NCBI GenBank assembly: GCA_014584705.1
Contig: JACTMJ010000002.1
Span: forward strand, 74,914 to 138,913
Direction of reading: 5' to 3'
DNA from: Acidobacteriota bacterium
GTDB taxonomy: Bacteria; Acidobacteriota; Terriglobia; Bryobacterales; Bryobacteraceae
Length of the DNA: 64,000 bases
Below, one piece after another: positions 1 through 9,050 of this stretch. The notes beneath the pieces are model-generated. The model had not been told where the DNA came from. It made no database searches and worked only from the letters and a program-made list of their open reading frames with translations. Position numbers and translations under genes: made by a program. Every line of letters begins with the position of its first letter. The stretch's first letter is position 1.

Positions 1-1
1 C

Positions 2-637
2 TGCCTGTATTTCGCCAAGGACTTCGCGCGGATGCGGCGGCAGCAGGCTGAGCATCGCTGGGAACAGTTCGAGGTGAGCATCGTTGCCGGGAAGACGATG
101 GTGATCCTGGGATACGGGGAGATCGGGCGCGCCTGTGCAAAGCGGGCCGCCGCGATGGGGATGAAAGTGCTGGGAATCCGGCGGAGACCGGAACTCTCCT
201 ACGGCGACCAATACGTCGAGCGAGTGGTGGCATTTGATGATCGCGCGGCGTGGATCCCGGAGGCGGATTATCTGGTGCTGGCGGCACCCAGCACGCCGGA
301 GACCAGGGGGCTGGTGGGGGTAGAGGAGATTGCCTCCATGAAGCCAGACTCCGTACTGATCAATGTCGGGCGCGGGCCGGTGGTGGAGGAAGCGGCGTTG
401 GTATTGGCGCTGCGGGAGAAACGGATTCTCGGGGCGGCGCTCGACGTGTTCGACGAAGAGCCGCTCCCGGCCGGACATGCATTTTACGATCTCGATAACG
501 TACTCCTTTCGCCGCACTGCGCCGACATGACGCCGGAGTGGCTGGAGGATTCGATGCGCTTTTTCATCGGGAACTACGGGCGCTTCCGCGCGGGAGCGGT
601 GCTGGAGAACGTCGTGAACAAAGAATTGGGGTATTGA
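2..637 (+). CDS. D-isomer-specific 2-hydroxyacid dehydrogenase family protein (5' end outside window)
   Basis: Reading frame is open to the window edge. Has the NAD-binding GxGxxG motif (VILGYGEIGRACAKRA) and family C-terminal motifs NVGRGPVVEE and LLSPHCAD. Confidence 0.85.
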   Translation, partial: CLYFAKDFARMRRQQAEHRWEQFEVSIVAGKTMVILGYGEIGRACAKRAAAMGMKVLGIRRRPELSYGDQYVERVVAFDDRAAWIPEADYLVLAAPSTPETRGLVGVEEIASMKPDSVLINVGRGPVVEEAALVLALREKRILGAALDVFDEEPLPAGHAFYDLDNVLLSPHCADMTPEWLEDSMRFFIGNYGRFRAGAVLENVVNKELGY

Positions 638-638
638 G

Positions 639-1961
639 ATGCGGAACGTTTCATATTCGATTCGCCGGGCGCTGCTTGTCGCGCTGCTGATTTCATTTGG
701 AGCCTTCGCCACGGCGCAGGAGGCACCCTACGTCCCCTCCAAGGAGAACCTGGCGGCCCGGCAGTGGTTCCAGGACGCCCGGTTCGGCCTCTTCATCCAT
801 TGGGGCGTTTACAGCGTGCTTGGCAAGGGCGAATGGGTGATGAATAACGACCACATGTCCAAGACCGATTACGAGATGCTGCCGCCGCGCTTCAACCCGG
901 CAAAGTACGACGCCGCTCAGTGGGTGGCCCTGGCGAAAGCCGCCGGGATGAAATACATCACCATCACGAGCAAGCACCACGACGGCTTTGCCATGTGGAA
1001 TACGAAACAAAACAGTTGGAATATCGTGGACGCCACGCCGTACGGCAAGGACGTACTGAAGGCGCTGGCGGAGGAATGCCGGAAGCAGGATATCAAGCTA
1101 TTCTTCTACCATTCGCACCTGGACTGGTATCAGAACGAGTATTTCCCGCGAGGACGGACGGGCCACTATTCCGTCCGGCCCGACTACGGAAACTTCGACA
1201 AGTACCTCGACTACATGGATGCCCAACTGACGGAACTGTTGACGGAGTACGGGCCGGTGGCGGGCATCTGGTTCGACGGCATCTGGGATAAGAAGGACGC
1301 GCCCTGGCGGCTGCGGCGCACCTACGACCTGATCCACAAGCTGCAGCCGGCGGCGCTCGTGGGCAATAACCATCACCTGAAGCCGTTCGCGGGCGAAGAC
1401 TTCCAGATGTTCGAGAAGGACCTTCCGGGACAGAATACAACCGGCTTTAGCGGCGAATCCGAGATTGGGAATCTGCCGCTGGAAACCTGCGACACCATCA
1501 ATGGGGCGTGGGGCTACAACGAGAGTGACAAGCGCTTCAAGTCAACGAAGCAGTTGATTCACTACCTGGCGCGAGCAGCCGGGCACAACGCGAATTTCCT
1601 GCTGAACGTGGGTCCGAAGCCGGACGGTACCATCCAGGACGAGTTTGTGGAGCGGCTGCGGGAAATGGGCGCGTGGCTGGGCAAGAACGGAGAAAGCATT
1701 TACGGCACACGCGGCTATGCGAGAGTGCCGCCGCGGAATTGGGGCGCGGCAACGCAGAAGGGCGATACCATCTATATTCACGTGCTGGACTGGCAGGATG
1801 AGGTGCTGGCTCTTCCAAAGCTCTCGGACGTAAAAAGCGCCCGGCTGCTGGCGGACGGCACCGCCGTGAAGGTGGATCAACTGGCCGACGCGACGCTGCT
1901 GCACCTGCCCGCCGGGAAGCGCGACCCCTACGACACCGTGGTGGCATTGAGCACAAAATAG
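639..1961 (+). CDS. alpha-L-fucosidase, GH29 family, exported
   Basis: 440-aa ORF with a signal-like N-terminus (ALLVALLISFGAFATAQE). GH29 hallmarks FGLFIHWGVYSV and ITSKHHDGFAMWNT are present. Confidence 0.9.
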   Translation: MRNVSYSIRRALLVALLISFGAFATAQEAPYVPSKENLAARQWFQDARFGLFIHWGVYSVLGKGEWVMNNDHMSKTDYEMLPPRFNPAKYDAAQWVALAKAAGMKYITITSKHHDGFAMWNTKQNSWNIVDATPYGKDVLKALAEECRKQDIKLFFYHSHLDWYQNEYFPRGRTGHYSVRPDYGNFDKYLDYMDAQLTELLTEYGPVAGIWFDGIWDKKDAPWRLRRTYDLIHKLQPAALVGNNHHLKPFAGEDFQMFEKDLPGQNTTGFSGESEIGNLPLETCDTINGAWGYNESDKRFKSTKQLIHYLARAAGHNANFLLNVGPKPDGTIQDEFVERLREMGAWLGKNGESIYGTRGYARVPPRNWGAATQKGDTIYIHVLDWQDEVLALPKLSDVKSARLLADGTAVKVDQLADATLLHLPAGKRDPYDTVVALSTK

Positions 1962-2001
1962 CGGGTGGCCCGATCCAGGCGCGCCGCAAGTGGAGCAAAG
2001 A

Positions 2002-3048
2002 ATGAACTATCCCGAGAAGATTGGCGATATCGCCGAACTCGAAGACGCACTTTCGCAACCGTCCGAACGTGATATCGCGGCAATGGCCGCGCTCGATGGC
2101 GATGTGATGCTGCTGGGCGCGGGCGGCAAGATGGGTCCGTCACTGGCGCGGTTGGTGAAAAGGGCGTCGGTAGCCGCCGGGGTGAAGCGCCGGGTGATTG
2201 CGGTGGCGCGGTTTTCCGACCAGACATTGCTCTCGCAATTCGCGGCCCACGATATTGAAACGCTACCGGCCGACCTGCTGAAAAGCGAGGATCTGGCCCG
2301 ATTGCCCGACGTTCCCAATGTCATCTACATGGCGGCGAAGAAGTTCGGCACCAGCAGCGGCGAAATGACGGAAGCCGCCGCAACGTGGGCGATGAACGCC
2401 TACCTGCCGGGCCGGGTGGCGGAGCGCTTCGCGAAGTCGCGGATCGTGAGTTTTTCCACCGGGAACGTCTATCCGTTTACCGCGGCGGCCAGCGGCGGAG
2501 CAACGGAGAACACCCCGATGGAGCCCGTGGGAGAATATGGGCTTTCCGCTCTGGCGAGAGAGCGCATCTTCACCCACTTCTCACATCAGTACGGGACGCC
2601 GATGGCGATTCTGCGGCTGAACTATGCGATCGACCTTCGCTATGGGGTGCTCACGGATCTTGGCCGGAAGGTGCTTGCCGGGGCACCCGTGGACGTGACG
2701 ATGGGAGCCGTGAACGTGATCTGGCAGCGGGACGCGAATGCGGCGTGCCTGGGTTCGTTCGCGCACTGCGCGACGCCGCCCGACGTGTTGAATTTGACGG
2801 GTCCGGAGACGCTCTCCGTGCGCTGGCTGGCGACCGAATTAGGCAACCGGCTGGGCAAGAATCCCGTGCTCACGGGCGAAGAGCAGGCGACGGCGCTATT
2901 GAGCAACGCGACACGCTGCCAGAACCGCTTCGGCTATCCGACCGTGCCGGTGGCGAAGTTGCTTGACTGGGTGGCGGACTGGCTGCTGGCGGGCGGGGAG
3001 ACCTGGGATAAACCGACGAAGTTTCAGGTACGGGATGGAAAATTCTAA
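2002..3048 (+). CDS. NAD-dependent epimerase/dehydratase (SDR) family protein
   Basis: GGAG lies 6 nt upstream of ATG 2002; a longer GTG start at 1990 is possible. Rossmann motif LLGAGGKMGPSLARLV. Family-level call only. Confidence 0.75.
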   Translation: MNYPEKIGDIAELEDALSQPSERDIAAMAALDGDVMLLGAGGKMGPSLARLVKRASVAAGVKRRVIAVARFSDQTLLSQFAAHDIETLPADLLKSEDLARLPDVPNVIYMAAKKFGTSSGEMTEAAATWAMNAYLPGRVAERFAKSRIVSFSTGNVYPFTAAASGGATENTPMEPVGEYGLSALARERIFTHFSHQYGTPMAILRLNYAIDLRYGVLTDLGRKVLAGAPVDVTMGAVNVIWQRDANAACLGSFAHCATPPDVLNLTGPETLSVRWLATELGNRLGKNPVLTGEEQATALLSNATRCQNRFGYPTVPVAKLLDWVADWLLAGGETWDKPTKFQVRDGKF

Positions 3049-4073
3049 TGGACTTGCGGAAACGACTTTTCGAGGGAGTGGCGATCCCCGCGCATCCTCT
3101 GGCATTGAACGCGCAGCGGAAGCTGGACGAGCGGCGGCAAGCCGCGTTGACGCGGTATTACGTAGACGCGGGAGCGGGCGGAGTAGCTGTGGGCGTGCAT
3201 ACGACGCAATTCGCCATACGCGAGCCCAGGTTCGGTTTGTTTGAACCGGTGCTAAAGCTGGCCGCGGTCGCGCTGGGAGACCGGCCGGTGATTCGCGTGG
3301 CGGGAATTTGCGGGAAGACCGGGCAGGCTCTGCGGGAAGCCAAATTCGCAGCCGATTGGGGCTATCATGCCGGCCTGCTGAGCCTGAGCGCCTTTCGGGA
3401 CGACTCCGTGGAAGCGATGCTGGACCATGCGAGGGCGGTGGCCGAGGTCCTGCCGGTGTTCGGGTTCTATCTCCAACCCGCCGTTGGCGGGCGTGTGTTG
3501 CCGTATGCTTTCTGGCGGAAGTTTGCGGAAATCGAGAATGTCGTGGCAATCAAGATGGCTCCGTTCAACCGCTATCAGACGCTGGATGTGATCCGGGCGG
3601 TGGCGGATGCGGGAAGGACTGATTCGATTGCGCTCTACACGGGCAACGATGATCAGATCCTGGGCGATTTGCTGACGGCGTTTCCCGCGGGTGGGCAGAC
3701 GGTGCGAATCAGCGGTGGATTGCTGGGGCACTGGTCCGTGTGGACCAGCGCGGCCGTGAAACATTTGGAACTGGCAAAGCAGATTCATGCCAACGGAGGT
3801 GGCATCTCCAAGGAAATCCTGACGCTGGCGGCGGAGATCACCGATTCCAACGCCGCGCTGTTTGATGCGGCGAATGGGTTCCATGGGTGCATCGCCGGCT
3901 TGCATGAGATTCTTCGGCGGCAGGGATTGCTCGAAGGGCGCTGGTGTCTGGATGAGCATGAAGATCTCTCGCCGGGGCAGATGGAAGAGATTGATCGTGT
4001 CTGCCGCCAGTATCCGCATTTGACGGACGACCAGTTCGTGGAAGAAAACTTGCATCGCTGGCTGAATGCATGA
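3048..4073 (+). CDS. dihydrodipicolinate synthase / class I aldolase (DapA-like) family protein
   Basis: TAATG stop/start overlap with the upstream gene. 341-aa ORF with a DapA/NAL-family-like N-terminal region (GVAIPAHPLAL...VGVHTTQF). Substrate unknown. Confidence 0.65.
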   Translation: MDLRKRLFEGVAIPAHPLALNAQRKLDERRQAALTRYYVDAGAGGVAVGVHTTQFAIREPRFGLFEPVLKLAAVALGDRPVIRVAGICGKTGQALREAKFAADWGYHAGLLSLSAFRDDSVEAMLDHARAVAEVLPVFGFYLQPAVGGRVLPYAFWRKFAEIENVVAIKMAPFNRYQTLDVIRAVADAGRTDSIALYTGNDDQILGDLLTAFPAGGQTVRISGGLLGHWSVWTSAAVKHLELAKQIHANGGGISKEILTLAAEITDSNAALFDAANGFHGCIAGLHEILRRQGLLEGRWCLDEHEDLSPGQMEEIDRVCRQYPHLTDDQFVEENLHRWLNA

Positions 4074-4148
4074 GCGCGGTACGCCGCGAGAGAACACCCA
4101 AGGCGGCCGATTGCCGCTACAAGGCGACGAATGGCGAGGGGGAGCGTG

Positions 4149-5066
4149 ATGCGGACCTTATTCCAATCGACTGCTTTCTTGTTGCTGCTGACGGGATTAA
4201 TGACAGCCCAGCGCGCGTCGCCCACCAAGAGCGAGCTGTGCATCTATGATCTGCGCGCTGGCGCCAGCCGCTGCATACTCTCCACAAGCCGGCATATCGA
4301 GGCCCCGAACTGGACGCCCGACGGGAAGTATCTGCTGGTGAACAGCGGCGGGCTGCTCTTTGAGGTTGCCCTTGCGGCGCCGGAACTGAAGCAAATCCCC
4401 ACGGGAAACGTGACGCGGCTCAATAACGACCACGGCGTCTCACCGGACGGCGAGGTTCTGGTAATCTCGGCGGGCCACATGTACAGCCTTCCCAGGTCGG
4501 GAGGCACTCCAAGGCAAATTACCGCCAGGACGCCCAGCTACTACCACGGCTGGTCACCGGATGGACGGATGCTCGCCTACTGCGCACAGCGCGAGAACAA
4601 CTTCGACATCTATGTGATTCCATTGGAAGGCGGCGACGAGGTCAGGGTGACAGCGGCAGCTTCCCATGATGACGGCCCTGATTACTCGCCGGATGGAAAG
4701 TGGATTTATTTCAACTCGGACCGGGGCGGGGAAACAAGTATCTGGCGGGTGCCTGCCGGGAAGGCGACGCCGCAGGACGCGAGTGCGGAATTGGTGGTGG
4801 GGGGAGATCGCGCGGATTGGTTTCCGCATCCCTCCCCCGACGGCAAGGGAATGGTGTACCTGAGTTATCCCGAAGGGACGAAGGGGCACCCGGCCAACCA
4901 GCCGGTGGAACTGCGCTGGATTCGCCTGGATGCAAACACCCCGGACGCACGCAGGCCCCGGATTCTGGAATCGTTAACCGGGGGCCAGGGCACGATCAAC
5001 GTCAACTCGTGGTCTCCGGATAGCCGGGCGTTTGCGTATGTGCGCTATGCGTATCCGGCCCGGTAG
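4149..5066 (+). CDS. TolB-like WD40-type beta-propeller repeat protein, exported
   Basis: GGGGGAG precedes ATG 4149 (alternative ATG at 4131). Signal peptide MRTLFQSTAFLLLLTGLMTAQ. Repeated (S/T)PDG blades: TPDGKYLLV, SPDGEVLV, SPDGRMLAY, SPDGKWIYF, SPDGKGMVY, SPDSRAFAY. Confidence 0.8.
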   Translation: MRTLFQSTAFLLLLTGLMTAQRASPTKSELCIYDLRAGASRCILSTSRHIEAPNWTPDGKYLLVNSGGLLFEVALAAPELKQIPTGNVTRLNNDHGVSPDGEVLVISAGHMYSLPRSGGTPRQITARTPSYYHGWSPDGRMLAYCAQRENNFDIYVIPLEGGDEVRVTAAASHDDGPDYSPDGKWIYFNSDRGGETSIWRVPAGKATPQDASAELVVGGDRADWFPHPSPDGKGMVYLSYPEGTKGHPANQPVELRWIRLDANTPDARRPRILESLTGGQGTINVNSWSPDSRAFAYVRYAYPAR

Positions 5067-5104
5067 GCGGGCCTCCCGGATGGATTGGCTCACCCAGGGG
5101 CGGA

Positions 5105-5581
5105 TCAGGCCACACGCCGGCCACGCTTCGCCGCGGGCTTTGGTGCATTCCTCTCGAGGTGGCCGATGAGGCGCACTTCACTCAGTGCGATGGCAAGTTC
5201 CGCGGCTACCTGTTCTTCGCTGTGCCCTTCCTTGAGCAATCGGACGGCTTCCACCCGGCGATTGATATTCAATCCGGAGGACGCGGGCTTCTGAGGCACA
5301 CAGACCGCGGCGTAGGATTCCACATCCTCAAAACGGCTTTGCAATTCCTCCACTCCGGTGCGTACCTCGGCAAGGGCGATGTCGCTCTCCGACAGCCGCC
5401 GCCTGGCGTCGCTCGCGTTCCGTTCCATTGACTCCTGGGAGACGCGGAGGAGGCATATCGATTCGGCGAGCTCCTCCAGCCGCTGGCGGGATCGCCGGAT
5501 GGAACGCCAACCCAAATGGGCGGAGGTAATCGCGATGGCTGTGGCCGCGAGGGCGAGTGCGAAACTGATTATTGAGAGCAT
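5105..5581 (-). CDS. DUF2802-like flagellar-locus protein (N-terminal TM, coiled coil, C-terminal HTH-like motif)
   Basis: AGGA-type RBS before ATG 5581. TM segment MLSIISFALALAATAIAI, then a heptad-like region. C-terminal RRVEAVRLLKEGHSEEQVAAELAIALSEVRLIGHL resembles the conserved DUF2802 tail found in flagellar/chemotaxis clusters. Confidence 0.6.
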   Translation of the reverse strand: MLSIISFALALAATAIAITSAHLGWRSIRRSRQRLEELAESICLLRVSQESMERNASDARRRLSESDIALAEVRTGVEELQSRFEDVESYAAVCVPQKPASSGLNINRRVEAVRLLKEGHSEEQVAAELAIALSEVRLIGHLERNAPKPAAKRGRRVA

Positions 5582-5611
5582 TCCATTTTCCTTTGCAACT
5601 AGTTTTGAGGG

Positions 5612-6481
5612 CTATGCGGAACCAAGGCTGACGATTTCCTGGATGCGGACACCGTAATTGCCTTCGGTAACAACGACTTCGCCCCGACCGATGACACGAT
5701 CGTTGACGATGATCTCAACCGGGTCGTGGATACTGCGGTCCAGCTCCACAATCGAACCGGTGGACAATTTGAGCACATCCTGGAGCGCGACCTTTGCTTT
5801 GCCGAAGCTGATTCGGATGGGCAGTTCGAGATCCAACACGCGGCTGAGGTCGTCATCGCCCGTAGCGCCCGCAGTTCCCGAAGCGCGAGAGGCGCCTGAA
5901 GCGATGGGCGCCCGCACAGGGTTGTTCGGTGAAGCATCCGGTGCGGATTCGGACTTCGGACCGTCTTCTTCCTCTTGGGCGTGCCGTTCGAGGATCGACA
6001 GAAGGGATTCCGATACGCCGAAGCACAGAGGAGCAAGCGTTTGATCTTCGAACTGCAACTGGTAGCAAACCTCGAAGGCGGCGGGCGAATCGGCTCCGCA
6101 CACGACGGCTTCAAGGAGGGCGATATCGGCCGCCAGAGCACGGCCGAGAAACTGGGCCACCGCGGACAGCGCGCTTTGCAACACTTCCGTATAGCTGCCG
6201 GACACGTCTTCGTCCGTGAAATCATCGAGCCCCGCCGCGCTGAGGACGCGGGCGCCAATCGCCCTGCCGATAATCTCCGGGGCGGCTGTGTAGAGTTGCG
6301 AACCGGGCTGTGTATCCAGCGGATGCGCGCGCCATTCGCACTCAACGCCGGAAGGCGGAGGCGCTTCGGCCACTTCTACTTGCGCCCCGCAAAGCATTTC
6401 GAGCGATGCAGCCAGACGCGTGCGGAACTCGGCCGCGATCGCTTGAGGGGTCAAAGAACCGGTCGTGGATCGGGTTGTCAT
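5612..6481 (-). CDS. flagellar switch protein of the FliY/FliN family (divergent N-terminal 200 aa plus C-terminal SpoA domain)
   Basis: ATGA overlap with the fliA stop. The C-terminus (ISFGKAKVALQDVLKLSTGSIVELDRSIHDPVEIIVNDRVIGRGEVVVTEGNYGVRIQEIV) is a typical FliN/SpoA domain. I saw no canonical FliM N-terminal CheY-binding motif or CheC active-site motif. Confidence 0.7.
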   Translation of the reverse strand: MTTRSTTGSLTPQAIAAEFRTRLAASLEMLCGAQVEVAEAPPPSGVECEWRAHPLDTQPGSQLYTAAPEIIGRAIGARVLSAAGLDDFTDEDVSGSYTEVLQSALSAVAQFLGRALAADIALLEAVVCGADSPAAFEVCYQLQFEDQTLAPLCFGVSESLLSILERHAQEEEDGPKSESAPDASPNNPVRAPIASGASRASGTAGATGDDDLSRVLDLELPIRISFGKAKVALQDVLKLSTGSIVELDRSIHDPVEIIVNDRVIGRGEVVVTEGNYGVRIQEIVSLGSA

Positions 6482-7239
6482 AGGCCACGCTCCATGGGCC
6501 AGCTGCGCCGCATCGAGGTTCTGAGACGAAGGATCGCCTGGGTCTTCAATTGCGAGATCCTCGATTCGTGCAGGTGGACGATCCGGGCAATCTCACGCAG
6601 AGTGAGTTCTTCCTGAAAATAGAAATCCAGGATGGCGCTTTCGATCGGCGGCAATCGCCGGATGGCTTCCGCGAGCAGACGCTCAAGCTCGCGCCGCTCG
6701 TAGAGTTGATTGGGCAGTTCCGCGTCTTCGTCGGCGAGATAGGAGATCAGCTCGCGCCCATCTTCTTCGTTCGCCGCATATTCCAGACTCCCGAGCGTGA
6801 GGCCCTGGGTGTCGACGAGGTACTGATGATACACGTCCAGGGTTACTCCCATTTCCTCGGCGATCTGCTCGTCGTTGGGCGTCGCTTGCAATTCCTGTTC
6901 CACCCGGGCAATGGCGGATTCGATCTGTTTGGCGAGGCGGCGGCGCTGGCGAGGCGCCCAGTCGAGATCCCGCAGACTGTCGAGGATCGCGCCGCGGATC
7001 TTGTACTCGGCGTAGGTCTTGAGCTTGACATTGTGCGTGGGATCGAAACAGTCGATCGCGGAGATCAAGCCCAGAACTCCGGCCGATACCAGGTCGTCGA
7101 GGCTGATACTGTCGGGAAGGCGTTCGAAGATTTTGCGCGCGATCAGCCGCACCTGGGGCATATGCTCCAGGATGAGCGCTTCCCTGGTGACGCTTTCGCT
7201 TGGCGGGCTTGAATGGGGACGGGCGACAGCGGATCTCAC
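6478..7239 (-). CDS. fliA: RNA polymerase sigma-28 factor FliA
   Basis: AAGGAG followed by 7 nt then GTG at 7239; the longest ORF starts with TTG at 7257. Sigma-70 regions 2-4 are recognisable (KTYAEYKIRGAILD, LTLREIARIVHLHESRISQLKTQAILRLR). Sits in the flagellar operon. Confidence 0.93.
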   Translation of the reverse strand: MRSAVARPHSSPPSESVTREALILEHMPQVRLIARKIFERLPDSISLDDLVSAGVLGLISAIDCFDPTHNVKLKTYAEYKIRGAILDSLRDLDWAPRQRRRLAKQIESAIARVEQELQATPNDEQIAEEMGVTLDVYHQYLVDTQGLTLGSLEYAANEEDGRELISYLADEDAELPNQLYERRELERLLAEAIRRLPPIESAILDFYFQEELTLREIARIVHLHESRISQLKTQAILRLRTSMRRSWPMERGL

Positions 7240-7265
7240 GCGGCAACTCCTTGACAATTTCGAGA

Positions 7266-7295
7266 CCGTACGGATTTTCCGAAGGCCGTACGGAT
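7266..7295 (-). promoter_or_regulatory. two copies of CCGTACGGAT (palindromic core CCGTACGG) spaced 20 nt, in the flhF-fliA gap
   Basis: Copies at 7266-7275 and 7286-7295. The cores could also pair as an 8-bp stem with a 12-nt loop just upstream of the fliA RBS. Confidence 0.5.
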
Positions 7296-7329
7296 GCCGT
7301 TATGCGTTCCCGGACTCGGGAGCCGGGCT

Positions 7330-8934
7330 TCAGGCGGCGAAGTTCATGGCCAGCGCTTGTGCGGGCAGAATGCGCTCGCAGATTCGTTCGCGACTCGCCA
7401 GTTCCAGGTCGTCGGGAATCCGCTGCCCGGTGGCAAAGTACGCGAGCGGCTTCCGGCGCCGCCAGGATTCGCTCACCAACTGGCCGATGGAAGTGGTTTC
7501 GTCCAGCTTGGTGTAGACAAGGCTCTGATAGTCGAAAGCCTCGTAGAGATCCGCCAGGCGTTCGAAGTCGGCCGCCTTCATCGACGCCGGCGCCACCATG
7601 TGCGTGATCGTATGATCGAGACTGCGCAAAAACGAGGCCAGATCCTCCGCCGCATCAAAATCCCGCCACCCGAGCCCGGGCGTATCGACAAGAATGATCT
7701 CCTTCGAGGAGTACTCGCGGATCGCTTTCTCAAGAGCGGGCACGGTGGAGAGCGTGTCGAAGCCGACTCCGAGGACCGCCGCGTAGGCGCGGAGCTGTTC
7801 CGAAGCGCCCACCCGGAAGTTGTCCATGGAAATGATTTGCAGCGGGAAACGGCTGATCTCGCTGTAGCGCACCGCCAGTTTCACGAGCGTCGTGGTCTTG
7901 CCCGCGCCCGGAGGTCCCACCAGGGAAATGACAAGCGGGGTCGTGCGTTTGCGGCGCAACCCGGGTTCGGGCATCAGTTCGATGTGCGAAGCGATGGCAT
8001 CCTGGAGCGCGGAGACCAGATGAGCGGCCCCCTCACGCGCTTGCTGCTTCGGCGTCGCCGCGCTCCGTTTGCGCGAGGACCGGGCCGGCCGGTTGCGATC
8101 CGCGCCGTTCCCCCGCCCTCCCGTCTTCTGTTCCGCGACGCCGGAACCGAGCGTTCCGCTCATGGAGGAAAGGATGCGCTCGATCAGCTCCGGATGGAAA
8201 TCCTGTTCAAGCAGCAGATCGTATAGATAGCGCAGATCGTCGCTCGGGAGTTCCTGGCGGTAGTTGGCCGAGCTTACCCGGCGAACCGAGCCCGCCAGCT
8301 GCAGCATCTCTTTGCGAATCGAGAGCATTTGCTCGCGAAGTTTTTCGAACGATTCCATGGCGGAAGCGTCCTTTGCGGCTGCCGGAGGGATAGAGGCCGC
8401 GACGCACCCGTTTCCCATCGGTTGCACCTCGCCCGCTCCGGCGACGGAAGATTCCCGGCCCGCTTCTCCCGGGTTCTCCGCGGCGGGACGCCGCTGGTCC
8501 CCGAATGACGGCGGCGCACTTGTCACGTCATTCTCATCCGCCGCGAGAAAAGAATCTTCCAACCCCCGTGAAGAATGCGGAGCGTGCGGGACGCCTTCCG
8601 AAACGGAGTTCTCCTTCGCAGGGGAGCGCAGCTTGGAGGCCGCGCTCTCCTCGGGACGAGCTTCGGGATTCCGGTGTACCCGGCGCGCGAGATCGTATGG
8701 ATGAGCGGAGGCGGCTTCCGGCGGGCCGGCGGCGGCGGAATCTCGCGCCACGGCGGCTTCCCCTGCATTGGAAGAGTAGGCAAAACTCACGGCGAACTGG
8801 TCCGCTTGCCCTTTCTTCTGGTTCTCTATCCGCTTGGAGTTGAGCAGCATGGCATCGGCTCCAAGCTCGCGGCGGGCCTGTCGAATAGCATCCTGGACGC
8901 TCGCTGCATGAAAAGTTTTTGTGTTCATTCGCAT
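7330..8934 (-). CDS. flhF: flagellar biosynthesis GTPase FlhF (SRP-type), with long low-complexity insertions
   Basis: N-terminal B-domain TFHAASVQDAIRQARRELGADAMLL. G1 motif GPPGAGKTTT, G3 DTPG, G4 TKLD. Located between flhA and fliA. Confidence 0.9.
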   Translation of the reverse strand: MRMNTKTFHAASVQDAIRQARRELGADAMLLNSKRIENQKKGQADQFAVSFAYSSNAGEAAVARDSAAAGPPEAASAHPYDLARRVHRNPEARPEESAASKLRSPAKENSVSEGVPHAPHSSRGLEDSFLAADENDVTSAPPSFGDQRRPAAENPGEAGRESSVAGAGEVQPMGNGCVAASIPPAAAKDASAMESFEKLREQMLSIRKEMLQLAGSVRRVSSANYRQELPSDDLRYLYDLLLEQDFHPELIERILSSMSGTLGSGVAEQKTGGRGNGADRNRPARSSRKRSAATPKQQAREGAAHLVSALQDAIASHIELMPEPGLRRKRTTPLVISLVGPPGAGKTTTLVKLAVRYSEISRFPLQIISMDNFRVGASEQLRAYAAVLGVGFDTLSTVPALEKAIREYSSKEIILVDTPGLGWRDFDAAEDLASFLRSLDHTITHMVAPASMKAADFERLADLYEAFDYQSLVYTKLDETTSIGQLVSESWRRRKPLAYFATGQRIPDDLELASRERICERILPAQALAMNFAA

Positions 8935-9050
8935 CTAATTCCGTCGACCCCCTGTCATCAGTCGCTTGCGATCCATCGGGCGCATCCTTCTTCGCCCATC
9001 GATTCCGGAATGGCCGGAGACTCCTTCGCCGGGTTGCCCGCGCCAATCGC

